41,131 nucleotides of DNA, from positions 1-41,131 of IMG/VR virus record IMGVR_UViG_3300049137_000252; one strand, 5' to 3'. Shown in pieces: positions 25,144-33,241 of this stretch. Made by a program: the position numbers and the translations under genes. The stretch is from a virus. Taxonomy: Duplodnaviria; Caudoviricetes. The notes beneath the pieces are model-generated. The model ran no database searches, had not been told where the DNA came from, and saw only the letters and a list, made by a program, of their open reading frames with translations. How positions within the stretch are numbered: position 1 is the stretch's first letter; each line of letters begins with the position of its first letter.

Positions 25144-27025
25144 GGGCTCTCGGTGATGGTTCTGGCGTGTCAGGTGGAGAAGAAGAAGGCGCAGGGGTGG
25201 CCGGTGCCGGCTCGGGGTCGGTGGCGCGGGCGTGCAGGCGTTCGGCAGCGCGCTGCCAGTCGGCGCCGGTCCAGCGGTGCAGGCGCAGTTCCTGGTGATG
25301 GGCCGCCGCATACGCGTAGTCCCATGTGTCGAGCGGCTCGTTGCGGGCGCCGCGGCGCTTCACGAAGGTGTTCTTGCGGGGGTCGTACGTCTCGCTCACG
25401 AGCCCGGCGAAGTACATCGGCTCGAGCTCGTCGCTGAAGTGGGTGAGGCGCTGCTCCGGCTCGCGGTCTGAGTCCGTGGAGAGGCGACCGAACAACCAAT
25501 GCTTGATCGCCACGGTGCCCACCTGGTAGATCATCACGCCGCGCTTGTCGCTGCGGCCGCGCCAATCCACGTCGGACAGCTTGCCTTTGCCCAGCACCGG
25601 CGCGTTGTTGTGCTTCGCTCCGTAGATGGCCATGGGCCGGCGCACCAGCCGCCGACGCGCGAAGTCCTTGACGGCCTCCGTGCGGTGGCCGCCCATGTCG
25701 ATCGCCACAGCCTCGACGCGGAGCGTGGTGCCGCTGTCGTGCGCGATGGGCTTGTTGAGCAGCTCGGTGACGCTGACCCACACGGCATCGTCGGCGGGGT
25801 CCCCCATAAATTCGATGTAGTCGATCACCCAGAACGCCATGCCGCGTCCCCAGCCGACGATCTGCACGGCAAGACGGTTGTCTTGCGTGTCGACGCCCGC
25901 GGTGACGACCAGCGCACCGGCAGGCGCGTGGCGCAACCGATACGGCTCGGCGCGCTCGGCGATCGCGTTCTGCTTGACCGCGCGCATGGCCGGGTCCTCC
26001 CACGCCTCCGCGCGCCGATCGTTGACGAAGGTCTTGATCGCGGCGATATCGCCCTGCGCGTCGACCCATACCTGGGCCATCTCTGCCCAGCGAGGACCGA
26101 GGGCGAAGCGGTAGTACAGGAAATTGGCGCGATACCCCCGGATCCTGCGCTCAGGGTAGCGCGCGACCCACTCGCCACGGTCCACCATCCGGTCCTTGTG
26201 GTGCTCTTCGATCTCAGCGCCGCACTCGGGGCAGGTGCACCAGGCGCGCGTCACGCGGCCATCCGAGCCCACCGACCAATGGAATGCCTCCCAGGTCAGC
26301 GGGTGCATGTGCTCGCAGTGCGGACAGGGCACGTGATACAGGCGCTGGTCAGATTTCTCGTACTTCGCTTCGAGCCGGGAGAGCCCCTTGAATTCGGGGG
26401 TGCCGACCGATGCCCGCTTCGAGTTGGCAGGGAACGCGCTGTTCCGGCCGTCGAGCAGCGCGTCGGGGTCGTCGCCAGTCGGCAAACTCGACGCTACGCT
26501 GTCGTATTCATCGACCAGCACCAGCCGCGCGCTGGTCGACTTGAGCCGCTTCGCGTTGCCGGTGTGCTCCATGTAGAGCTGCCCGCCGGCGAAGTCCTTG
26601 AAGCCGCGTGTGTTGCTCGAGTTGCGCGATGCGGTCGACGTCAGCGCTTCCTTGCACGCGGGCGTCTCATCCAGCAGCGGGTTGAGCTTCTGGTTGATGA
26701 ACTTGTTCATCGAGACCTCACCCGGCAGCACGACCATGATCGGGCCCGGGTCCTCGCACATCGTGTAGCCGATGATGTTGGTCTCGATCTCGCTCTTGCC
26801 GAACTGGATCGGCAGCACGGCAACCATCTCGCGCACCGGGCTGCTGGCGCTCATGCAGTCCATCGGTTCACGCAACATCGGGCTGCGTGCCGTCACCCAC
26901 GGGCCGGGCAGCGAGCTCGCCTTGCTGCTGAGGATGCGATGCTCATCCGCCCACTGCGAGACGGTCTTCGGCCGCCGCGGCTGGATCGCGCGAGCGGCGG
27001 TTTGGTAGAGGCTCTGTGCTTCCAC
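25064..27025 (-). CDS. Terminase large subunit, lambda GpA family
   Basis: VSQWADEHRIL, Walker A QFGKSE, LVDEYD, CPHC/CPEC, TAGVDTQDNR, RNEPLD; GTG start inferred. Confidence 0.95.
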   Translation of the reverse strand: MEAQSLYQTAARAIQPRRPKTVSQWADEHRILSSKASSLPGPWVTARSPMLREPMDCMSASSPVREMVAVLPIQFGKSEIETNIIGYTMCEDPGPIMVVLPGEVSMNKFINQKLNPLLDETPACKEALTSTASRNSSNTRGFKDFAGGQLYMEHTGNAKRLKSTSARLVLVDEYDSVASSLPTGDDPDALLDGRNSAFPANSKRASVGTPEFKGLSRLEAKYEKSDQRLYHVPCPHCEHMHPLTWEAFHWSVGSDGRVTRAWCTCPECGAEIEEHHKDRMVDRGEWVARYPERRIRGYRANFLYYRFALGPRWAEMAQVWVDAQGDIAAIKTFVNDRRAEAWEDPAMRAVKQNAIAERAEPYRLRHAPAGALVVTAGVDTQDNRLAVQIVGWGRGMAFWVIDYIEFMGDPADDAVWVSVTELLNKPIAHDSGTTLRVEAVAIDMGGHRTEAVKDFARRRLVRRPMAIYGAKHNNAPVLGKGKLSDVDWRGRSDKRGVMIYQVGTVAIKHWLFGRLSTDSDREPEQRLTHFSDELEPMYFAGLVSETYDPRKNTFVKRRGARNEPLDTWDYAYAAAHHQELRLHRWTGADWQRAAERLHARATDPEPAPATPAPSSSPPDTPEPSPRAHEPQPVTAERGRIAARPAPLGLGRRW

Positions 27026-27029
27026 GTGC

Positions 27030-27632
27030 CTAGCGCCCCAGCTTCGAGAGACCGCTGGACGCCGTCTCCAGCGCATGTCGAATCTCGGCACTGAGCGTCG
27101 AACGCACGACCGCCTCATCCACTTCCGCCGCCAGCGCGGGCGCAACACGGTGCGCGATCCCCTCGATGGACGTGCGCAGCACGGTCATGACTTCGTTGAT
27201 CACGGCGCGCACCTCACTCGCCTCGAGCAGCTCTTTCACCCGCGCGCGATAGGAGGCCTCCGCCTCGAGCGCCGCGAAGTGTTCCCGCTTAGCCTTCGAC
27301 ACCTGGAAGTCGAAGCCAGGCGGTACCGCCCCCTCCCCGCCCGGCGCCTCGGTGTCATCGAGCGCAGACGCTGACGGAGGCGATGCCGGCTGCACCGGCG
27401 CGGGCGCCGCGCGCTCGCGTCGTGCCTGTGCGTGGCGGACCGCCACCCCCTGCTTGCTCGGGTCTTCGGTGGCGCGCACGCGCGCGATGCTCTCGGCGAC
27501 CAGCACGCGCTTGCCGTCTTCGGCCATCACGAGGCGGCCGTCCTTCTGCAGCTGGTAGCCGTAGGTGCGCCCGAAGCCCAGGTGGACCGAGAACTCGGGG
27601 ATGGTCATGGCGTTGGAATCGGCCATCGTCAT
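27030..27632 (-). CDS. Terminase small subunit (Nu1-like)
   Basis: N-terminal wHTH, AKREHFAA..AE coiled coil, directly upstream of TerL. Confidence 0.8.
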   Translation of the reverse strand: MTMADSNAMTIPEFSVHLGFGRTYGYQLQKDGRLVMAEDGKRVLVAESIARVRATEDPSKQGVAVRHAQARRERAAPAPVQPASPPSASALDDTEAPGGEGAVPPGFDFQVSKAKREHFAALEAEASYRARVKELLEASEVRAVINEVMTVLRTSIEGIAHRVAPALAAEVDEAVVRSTLSAEIRHALETASSGLSKLGR

Positions 27633-28408
27633 TCCCCTGCCGCCTGGCGGACGCGGAAACGCAGCCGGCGCGGCAGGTAAGCGTCCAGCCCTGCCCTGTC
27701 CGCCACCGCCTGCATGCTGAGACGTGAGCGGTACGAGGCAGCGCGCACGAACATCAGCACAGGGCGCAAGTCCGAGCCGTGCGTACCACTGGCCGCCCAG
27801 ATCCCGGGCGCCAAGTGGGCGGTGGCGCCGCTGCGCAGGCGGCCGTAGGCCACGAAGTAGCGCCGCCCCGTTTGGCGGGCTGTGCCGCGGTGCACGTTGG
27901 CGCGGCGCCGCGCGGTCATGTTGGCGCGGTAGCCTTGCTCGCCGAACGTCTGGAAGTAGCTGAGCAGCTGCACGATGAACGAGCCGCGCAGGTTGCCGCG
28001 GCCGTCGTCGCTGCCCGGGTAGGGGATGCGCGGAATGGCGGTCTGGAAGCCCGAGGGAAGGATGCCGGCGCGGCGCAGCGCCACCTCGCTGCGCTTGTCG
28101 CGCCGGGTGCCGCCGAACTCCTGCGCCTGCAGGATCTGCTGCGGGTCGATGCCCTTGCCCCCGTAGTAGGTCGGCTCGATCGCGACGCTCATCCGCTCGG
28201 CCGTTGCCTTGCGCACGTAGACGCTGTTCGCGACGTAGGGCGTGGGCCGATCGAACACGCTGCGGATTTCGTTGCGCATGACGCGCCGAACCTGGAACCC
28301 CGCGTCGTTGAGTGCGGCCGCGTAGGCGGTGCGCGCCTGCTTGCCGCTCAGCTTGCCCAGCGATTCACGCACGGATTCCAGGCCATCGAGCTTGAGATCA
28401 AGCCGCAT
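27629..28408 (-). CDS. Conserved phage protein (possible neck/tail-completion type)
   Basis: Basic protein with AALN..., FDRPTPY motif; overlaps the TerS start. Confidence 0.6.
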   Translation of the reverse strand: MRLDLKLDGLESVRESLGKLSGKQARTAYAAALNDAGFQVRRVMRNEIRSVFDRPTPYVANSVYVRKATAERMSVAIEPTYYGGKGIDPQQILQAQEFGGTRRDKRSEVALRRAGILPSGFQTAIPRIPYPGSDDGRGNLRGSFIVQLLSYFQTFGEQGYRANMTARRRANVHRGTARQTGRRYFVAYGRLRSGATAHLAPGIWAASGTHGSDLRPVLMFVRAASYRSRLSMQAVADRAGLDAYLPRRLRFRVRQAAGE

Positions 28409-28646
28409 GCGAACCTCCCGCCAGCACGGCGCCGTTTTCGGGCCCGACCGCGGCCAACCCCTGGGCGACCCATTCCGGCGCACCGGTGAGCGTCACCTCC
28501 ACCCCGCGCAGGCCCGGGAACAGGTCGTCAGCGCGCAGGCTTCGCACCAACGCCTTCAACTCCGGCCAGCCATTGACCAGGGCCGCAAACTCCGCCGCGT
28601 TCGCTTCCGTGCAGCGGATCACCTTCGAAATCACTTTTCCGTCCAT
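28398..28646 (-). CDS. Hypothetical protein
   Basis: AAGGA RBS; overlaps the next gene. Confidence 0.6.
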   Translation of the reverse strand: MDGKVISKVIRCTEANAAEFAALVNGWPELKALVRSLRADDLFPGLRGVEVTLTGAPEWVAQGLAAVGPENGAVLAGGSHAA

Positions 28647-28658
28647 CTCATCCTTTTT

Positions 28659-28907
28659 TGTGAGGCATGTGAGGGGTGGTGTGGGGCATGGGTGCGGACG
28701 TAAGTGCCTGTCGGCATTGGCGTGTGGGGTATGTGAGGTATGTGAGGCATGCAGGCGGGTGCACATGCATGCGGGTGTGCGCACGCACCCATGCATGCGC
28801 ACACATGGGCGGGTAAGGCCCGGATGCCTCACATACCTCACAGGCGTTGATTTCATTGGGTTTTCTTGCCTCACACCATGGCTCACAGATGGCTCACATG
28901 CCTCACC
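28659..28907. repeat. Putative replication origin: oppositely oriented TGTGAGG/CCTCACA iterons
   Basis: About 6 TGTG(A/G)GG on the left and about 6 (C/G)CTCAC(A) on the right; perfect 19-bp inverted repeat at 28732-28750 and 28824-28842; directly downstream of the primase-helicase. Confidence 0.7.
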
Positions 28908-28933
28908 GAATTGGACGAACGACCCCTGCGACA

Positions 28934-31357
28934 TCAATGGCCCCCTTCTCGGAATGCCTTGAGCGAGTCCCTGAAGGCGCGCGCCCTGTCGCCGATCCAC
29001 GTCGGCTCGTGCTCGCCGACCGGGCACTCGGCGCCGCCGGGCAGGAACGTGACCCCGGACGGGCCCTTCACGCCCGCGCCGAGGTCGTAGCGCTTCGAAA
29101 GAGTCTTCGCGCCGTGCTTGCGCATCAGCTCGCTCGCGAACCGTGGTTGATGCAGGGCCTTGAGGCCCACGCGATGGCACCAGGCTCCGTACAGGGCATA
29201 GAGGTCCAGGGGCAGCATCGGACTCAGCAGCTTCGGCGCGTTCCTGGCCGGAAAGCCGTCTATCTCGCCCGACTCGAAGGCCTTGAAGAAGCGGCTCGGG
29301 CTGTCCATGCTGAGGTCGATCAGCTCGCGCTTGGCTTCGGTCATCGGTGGCAGCGTGCCTTCGGTGAAGTCGCCCAGGTCGACGTGCAGCAGGTAGTCGT
29401 GGAGCGCCGCGGCGCCGCCGTTGTCCAGCTCCACGAGCAAGTCGCGGTAGAACTCGCGGCTCAGCTTCTCGGGCGTCCAGATGACGGCGTGCCGCCGGTC
29501 GTCCTGCTCGAGCACCACCGGCATCGTCTCGTTGCTCAGGAACACCAGGTTGACGTGGTTGCGTTCGTCGTAGGCAGAGAAATTCTTTGGGTTGATGCGG
29601 ATCCAGTCCCCAGTAATGAAGGCCTTGAGCTTGTTCTTGACGTGGTAGAGGTCGGACCGCGCCACCACTTCGTCAGCGATGAGGAACAGCTTCCGACTCG
29701 CCCAGTCGTTGAACTTGTCTTCGATCGCACTCTGGTCGATGACGCGGCCGTAGCGCCCGTAGATCGCCATCAGCGCTTCGAAAAACATGTTCTTGCCGGT
29801 GCCCTGCGGCCCGTGCAGCACGAGCGTCGTTTTCATCTTCGCGCCAGGGTGCTGAATCGGATAGGCGATCCAGCGCAGCACCCATCCGTAGAGCGCATCC
29901 GGGCGGCTGTCGCCGGCGCACATGTGGCGCAGCAGGTCGAGCAGGTACTCGCACTTTCCCGCCTTCGCCTCCGTGGGCCAGCCTGCCCAGAGGTTGCAGT
30001 GGATGGTGGTGTCGGTGCACGCGGGATCGAAGCCGACTTCGGTGACGCGCACGATCTGCTTCTCGGGATGCTCGGCCCACGCGCGATGCGTCTCCCGACT
30101 CAGGCACGCATCGCGCATGTCGCTGAGCGCCACGAGCATGTGCTCCTGGTGGTCGAAGGTGACGCCGCCCTGGCCATAGACCAGCGCGAACCGCTCGAGC
30201 AGCTCGTCGAGCGAATCGATGGGGCGCAGCGGCGCGGCCGCAGGCTTGCCGTCAGCCCCGCTCCCCTTGCCGCGTGGGGCACGCGCCGCACCCTGCGTGC
30301 GCCAGCCCAGTCCCGAAATGCGGGACTCCACCTGCGCACGCACGGCGTGCAGGCCCTCGGCCAAGTGCAGGTCGTTGAAGTCGTTGAGCTTCTCGCCCTT
30401 CTCCAGCCAGTCGGTGCGGCGTGTCTCAGGGTCGGCCCACCCAGGCACCATCCACCCGCCGCCGACGGCCATGGCGGTGAGGCTGGCCGCGGACACGCCG
30501 GCGTTCGTCGCCTTGTGCGGCTGGCCGCAGTGCGGGCAGATCGGGCCGTCGGCAACCCACACGCGGCGCTTGCACTCCGGCTGCTGGCACTTCTGCGTGT
30601 TGTCGTCGTCCGCGCAGATGAGCAGCTTCGCCAGCTTGTAGCGCTTGCGCAGCTCGGCCGCGACTGGCTGCAGGTTGCCGGCATCGAAGGCGACAGCGAC
30701 CGGCAGGCCCGTGGCCTCGTGCAGGCTGGCGGCCGTCGCGTAGCCCTCCGCCACGAGCATGATCGACCCACCCATCCCCAGCAGGTGGAAGTGCCCCTTC
30801 TTCACGAGACCCGCGGGCCAGAATTCCTTCTCGAGGCGCACGCCCTGCTGCTTGCGGTCCCGAATGATCTGCAGCCCGTGCACACGGCCGGCCGTGTCCA
30901 GCATCGGTACGACCATGGCGCCCTGCGGACTGAAGCGCACGCCATGCGCCCCCACCCCCTTGCGCTGGAGGTAGCCGCTGTCGCCTTGCTCGGAGCACTT
31001 GCGCCAGGCGGAGGTGGCTCGGGTGGCCGCGCGATCGGCATCGGCCTGGCGCGCCTGCTCGGCGCGGCGCTTGTCGTCGGCGAGCCGCTTGCGCAGGCTG
31101 TCGCGCTGCTCGGCGCTCAGTTCGGTCTTGCGCAACTCCACCTTCGTCGCGTTGTTGTCCGCACCGCGCCACACGCCGTAGCTCCCGACGATGAGGTCCT
31201 CGCCGTTGTCCATGCGGATCTCGTGCAGCAGGTACCAGCCGCGGCGCTCGCGGTCATCGACCACGCGGCAGCGGCGCAGCCGGCCGATGTCCAGGCTGTC
31301 CACGATCAGGCCCGCGGCCTGCAACTGGCCCAGCACGTCGTCGTAATTCGAGGCCAT
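28934..31357 (-). CDS. Toprim primase - SF3 (D5/P4 alpha-like) helicase
   Basis: VAEGYATA, AFDAGNL, ICADDD, DFNDL Toprim motifs; Walker A GPQGTGKN, ADE, FLSN; Cys-rich insert CQQPEC...CPHC. Confidence 0.92.
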   Translation of the reverse strand: MASNYDDVLGQLQAAGLIVDSLDIGRLRRCRVVDDRERRGWYLLHEIRMDNGEDLIVGSYGVWRGADNNATKVELRKTELSAEQRDSLRKRLADDKRRAEQARQADADRAATRATSAWRKCSEQGDSGYLQRKGVGAHGVRFSPQGAMVVPMLDTAGRVHGLQIIRDRKQQGVRLEKEFWPAGLVKKGHFHLLGMGGSIMLVAEGYATAASLHEATGLPVAVAFDAGNLQPVAAELRKRYKLAKLLICADDDNTQKCQQPECKRRVWVADGPICPHCGQPHKATNAGVSAASLTAMAVGGGWMVPGWADPETRRTDWLEKGEKLNDFNDLHLAEGLHAVRAQVESRISGLGWRTQGAARAPRGKGSGADGKPAAAPLRPIDSLDELLERFALVYGQGGVTFDHQEHMLVALSDMRDACLSRETHRAWAEHPEKQIVRVTEVGFDPACTDTTIHCNLWAGWPTEAKAGKCEYLLDLLRHMCAGDSRPDALYGWVLRWIAYPIQHPGAKMKTTLVLHGPQGTGKNMFFEALMAIYGRYGRVIDQSAIEDKFNDWASRKLFLIADEVVARSDLYHVKNKLKAFITGDWIRINPKNFSAYDERNHVNLVFLSNETMPVVLEQDDRRHAVIWTPEKLSREFYRDLLVELDNGGAAALHDYLLHVDLGDFTEGTLPPMTEAKRELIDLSMDSPSRFFKAFESGEIDGFPARNAPKLLSPMLPLDLYALYGAWCHRVGLKALHQPRFASELMRKHGAKTLSKRYDLGAGVKGPSGVTFLPGGAECPVGEHEPTWIGDRARAFRDSLKAFREGGH

Positions 31358-31392
31358 CAGTAAGTTCGCACCCCGCTGACTACACCCCGCAA

Positions 31393-31434
31393 GGGGTTCG
31401 AATTACCCTCATCGCACAGAGCCAGGGAGGACCC
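31393..31434 (-). other. Candidate cos site (cosQ-like GGGTCCT plus cosN-like dyad)
   Basis: Minus strand GGGTCCT-N19-GGGTAATTCGAACCCC; GGGTCCT is the lambda cosQ sequence and the terminase is GpA-type. Confidence 0.5.
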
Positions 31435-31535
31435 ACGTTTCGGTTGAGGCAATGCACCAAGCAGGTGCAGCGCTGTTACTGACAGCACGCGCCGAAAAGC
31501 GCGCGCCATCTGCTCGCTCGGGGGGGTGGGGCTGC

Positions 31536-32069
31536 TCACCTGTCCGCTCCCGGGTCACGCATGCGTGCGCGCAGCATGGCGAGCGTGTGGCCAGTGAGGG
31601 CGAGCAGCTCCTGCCCCATGTGGTCGGCCCTGCGCATCTGATTGCGAGACACCTCGCCGTCGCCGAGTAGCAGCGCATCGGCCACCGAGCGGCAGAAGTC
31701 AGCATGCGCCACCTGCAGGCGCGTGAAGGTATCGACCGGATCACCTCCCGCCTGGTCAGGCGTGGCGCGTGTGCACGTATGGCCCAGCGCCTCGGCCATC
31801 GCGTGCAACACCGAGTAGTTGCCGCTGAACACCTGCATGTCGATCAGCTCGCGGGGGTTGGGCTGATGCGTGTTGGTGTTCGGGTTGGCCTTGTGGGTGA
31901 GCGTGTTTGGGCTCATGCCCATGCGCGCAGCCAGCGCGGTCACGCCGCCAGGGTAGCCGTGCACCGTGTTGTAGACGGCGTCGAGGATGTCCTGCCCGAC
32001 CACGCTGGAGGGAAAGGGCTCATCAGCGCCGTGGGCAAGGTGCGGAGGAACTGAGACAGTTGCTTTCAT
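31536..32069 (-). CDS. Phage regulatory CII-family protein
   Basis: HGYPGGVTALAARMGMSPNTLTHKANP...H signature; downstream of cro; GAGG RBS. Confidence 0.85.
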   Translation of the reverse strand: MKATVSVPPHLAHGADEPFPSSVVGQDILDAVYNTVHGYPGGVTALAARMGMSPNTLTHKANPNTNTHQPNPRELIDMQVFSGNYSVLHAMAEALGHTCTRATPDQAGGDPVDTFTRLQVAHADFCRSVADALLLGDGEVSRNQMRRADHMGQELLALTGHTLAMLRARMRDPGADR

Positions 32070-32101
32070 GCAAACCTCAAGAGAAAGAAAGGGCCCGCCG
32101 C

Positions 32102-32359
32102 ATGGACGCAACGCAACCCACCACGCACGAACGAATCGATGCGATCGAACAATTCCTGCAGCAGCTCGTGCTGCTGCTCGAAGTGGAGCCCGAGCTTTCA
32201 CGCGACAGCATTGGGGCGTGGTTCGCTGTGTGCCAAGCCAGCTCGCGGGCCAGCGGCGTCGGATCGGCGCGCAGCGAGCAGGCGCTGGCGCAGCTGTGCG
32301 GCCGCGTGCTCGAGTCGCCGGTCGACGTGCTGCGACCGTCGGGCACATGGCCGTCGTGA
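32102..32359 (+). CDS. Orphan protein A, counter-oriented within the early lytic operon
   Basis: 85-aa helical ORF (ERIDAIEQFLQQLVLLLEVEP), purine-rich upstream sequence. Confidence 0.65.
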   Translation: MDATQPTTHERIDAIEQFLQQLVLLLEVEPELSRDSIGAWFAVCQASSRASGVGSARSEQALAQLCGRVLESPVDVLRPSGTWPS

Positions 32360-32434
32360 ACAAAGGGCGGGCGCCCGCCACCGTTGGACAATGCGGTCAC
32401 CACAACACCATTGCCAACGGAAGGGACGCCCGAA

Positions 32435-32827
32435 ATGAAAACGTACAAGCGCATGCTCATGGTCCGAAACGAGGCCAGCACGGATTCCGTACAGCTCGTG
32501 ATCGAGACGGACGATGGCGACGTCCAGTTGCGCATACCTGCGGATCTGCTCAACAGTGCGATCACGGGGCTTTTCGCCGCCGCGCACCAGTTGTCACCGC
32601 ACAGGCCACCAGTGCCGCTGCAGCCCAACCAAGCCACCATCGCGGCGCCCTTCTTTGCGCAGTCTGCGGGCACGCATGCGGAAGGTCCGGAGGAATCCGT
32701 GCTGACCGTCCAATGTGGCCCTGCGACGCTGGCGATTCACATGAGGCCGGCAGCACTGCGAGAGGCGGCTGCCACGATGGAACAAGCCGCTCAAACACTT
32801 CGCTCGCAGACTCCCCGGGCACACTGA
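32435..32827 (+). CDS. Orphan protein B, counter-oriented within the early lytic operon
   Basis: 130-aa ORF, GGAAGGGA RBS, beta-beta-alpha pattern apparently repeated twice. Confidence 0.7.
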   Translation: MKTYKRMLMVRNEASTDSVQLVIETDDGDVQLRIPADLLNSAITGLFAAAHQLSPHRPPVPLQPNQATIAAPFFAQSAGTHAEGPEESVLTVQCGPATLAIHMRPAALREAAATMEQAAQTLRSQTPRAH

Positions 32828-32915
32828 CCGGCGAAGCCAGCTTGCGTAGGCAAACGCGACCGCACGCGCGATCGCACTCGGAAATGTCGGGGAAGATGCG
32901 GTCGCTCTCAGACAT
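32562..32915 (-). CDS. cro-coupled ORF whose N-terminus mimics tail protein residues 39-59
   Basis: ATG overlaps the cro 3' end, GGGGAGGG RBS; IFPDISECDRACGRVCLRKLA versus tail IFPDVSELDRALGRVKLRKLA. The remainder overlaps orphan B antisense and may be non-functional. Confidence 0.6.
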   Translation of the reverse strand: MSESDRIFPDISECDRACGRVCLRKLASPVSVPGESASEVFERLVPSWQPPLAVLPASCESPASQGHIGRSARIPPDLPHACPQTAQRRAPRWWLGWAAAALVACAVTTGARRRKAP

Positions 32916-33168
32916 TGGCGCCCTCCCCCTTGGCCAACTGCTGCGTCGCCTCCGTGAGTTCGGGCCAGATGGCCTGCCAGTCGGTGGGGAACAGGACCTT
33001 GCGCGACACGATTCCGCGAGCCTCAGCGATCGGTGCGAGCCGAATCAACTTGTCGTCGGGGATGCGGCCGGACTTCCGCCATTCGGACACCGAGGGCTGT
33101 TTGATGCCGAAAAGCTCGGCAACGGCAGCCGTGCCGCCCAGCGCGTCGAGAAGGGTATTTGCATCCAT
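32908..33168 (-). CDS. cro: Cro-like repressor
   Basis: LGGTAAVAELFGIKQPSVSEW...IP HTH; divergent from cI. Confidence 0.88.
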   Translation of the reverse strand: MDANTLLDALGGTAAVAELFGIKQPSVSEWRKSGRIPDDKLIRLAPIAEARGIVSRKVLFPTDWQAIWPELTEATQQLAKGEGANV

Positions 33169-33174
33169 GCGCGA

Positions 33175-33239
33175 ATGTTAGGCATGCCTTATATGCAAGT
33201 CAATAGGGATGCCTTATTTTTCATGCGTAGGCTTGCCTA
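33175..33239. promoter_or_regulatory. OR-type control region: three operators and divergent PR/PRM-like promoters
   Basis: TAGGCATGCCTT 33179, TAGGGATGCCTT 33204, TAGGCTTGCCTA 33228; minus-strand TTGACT-N17-TAACAT. Confidence 0.85.
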
Positions 33240-33241
33240 AT

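Noticed and set aside
28659-28907. Repeat cluster as a CRISPR array
   Set aside because: Repeats are 7-9 bp, in both orientations, with no unique spacers and no cas genes.
28398-29180. Full 260-aa ORF spanning the repeat region
   Set aside because: The N-terminal part overlaps the primase and translates the iterons; only the last 82 codons have an RBS.
31357-31539. 60-aa ORF between cII and the primase
   Set aside because: It abuts both neighbours but has no recognisable features and overlaps the cos-like motif; not called with confidence.
32835-32898. Tail-gene copy as a DGR template repeat or antisense RNA
   Set aside because: Differences are not adenine-specific, no reverse transcriptase is in the window, and the mismatches do not favour G-U pairing; conservation is at the protein level.
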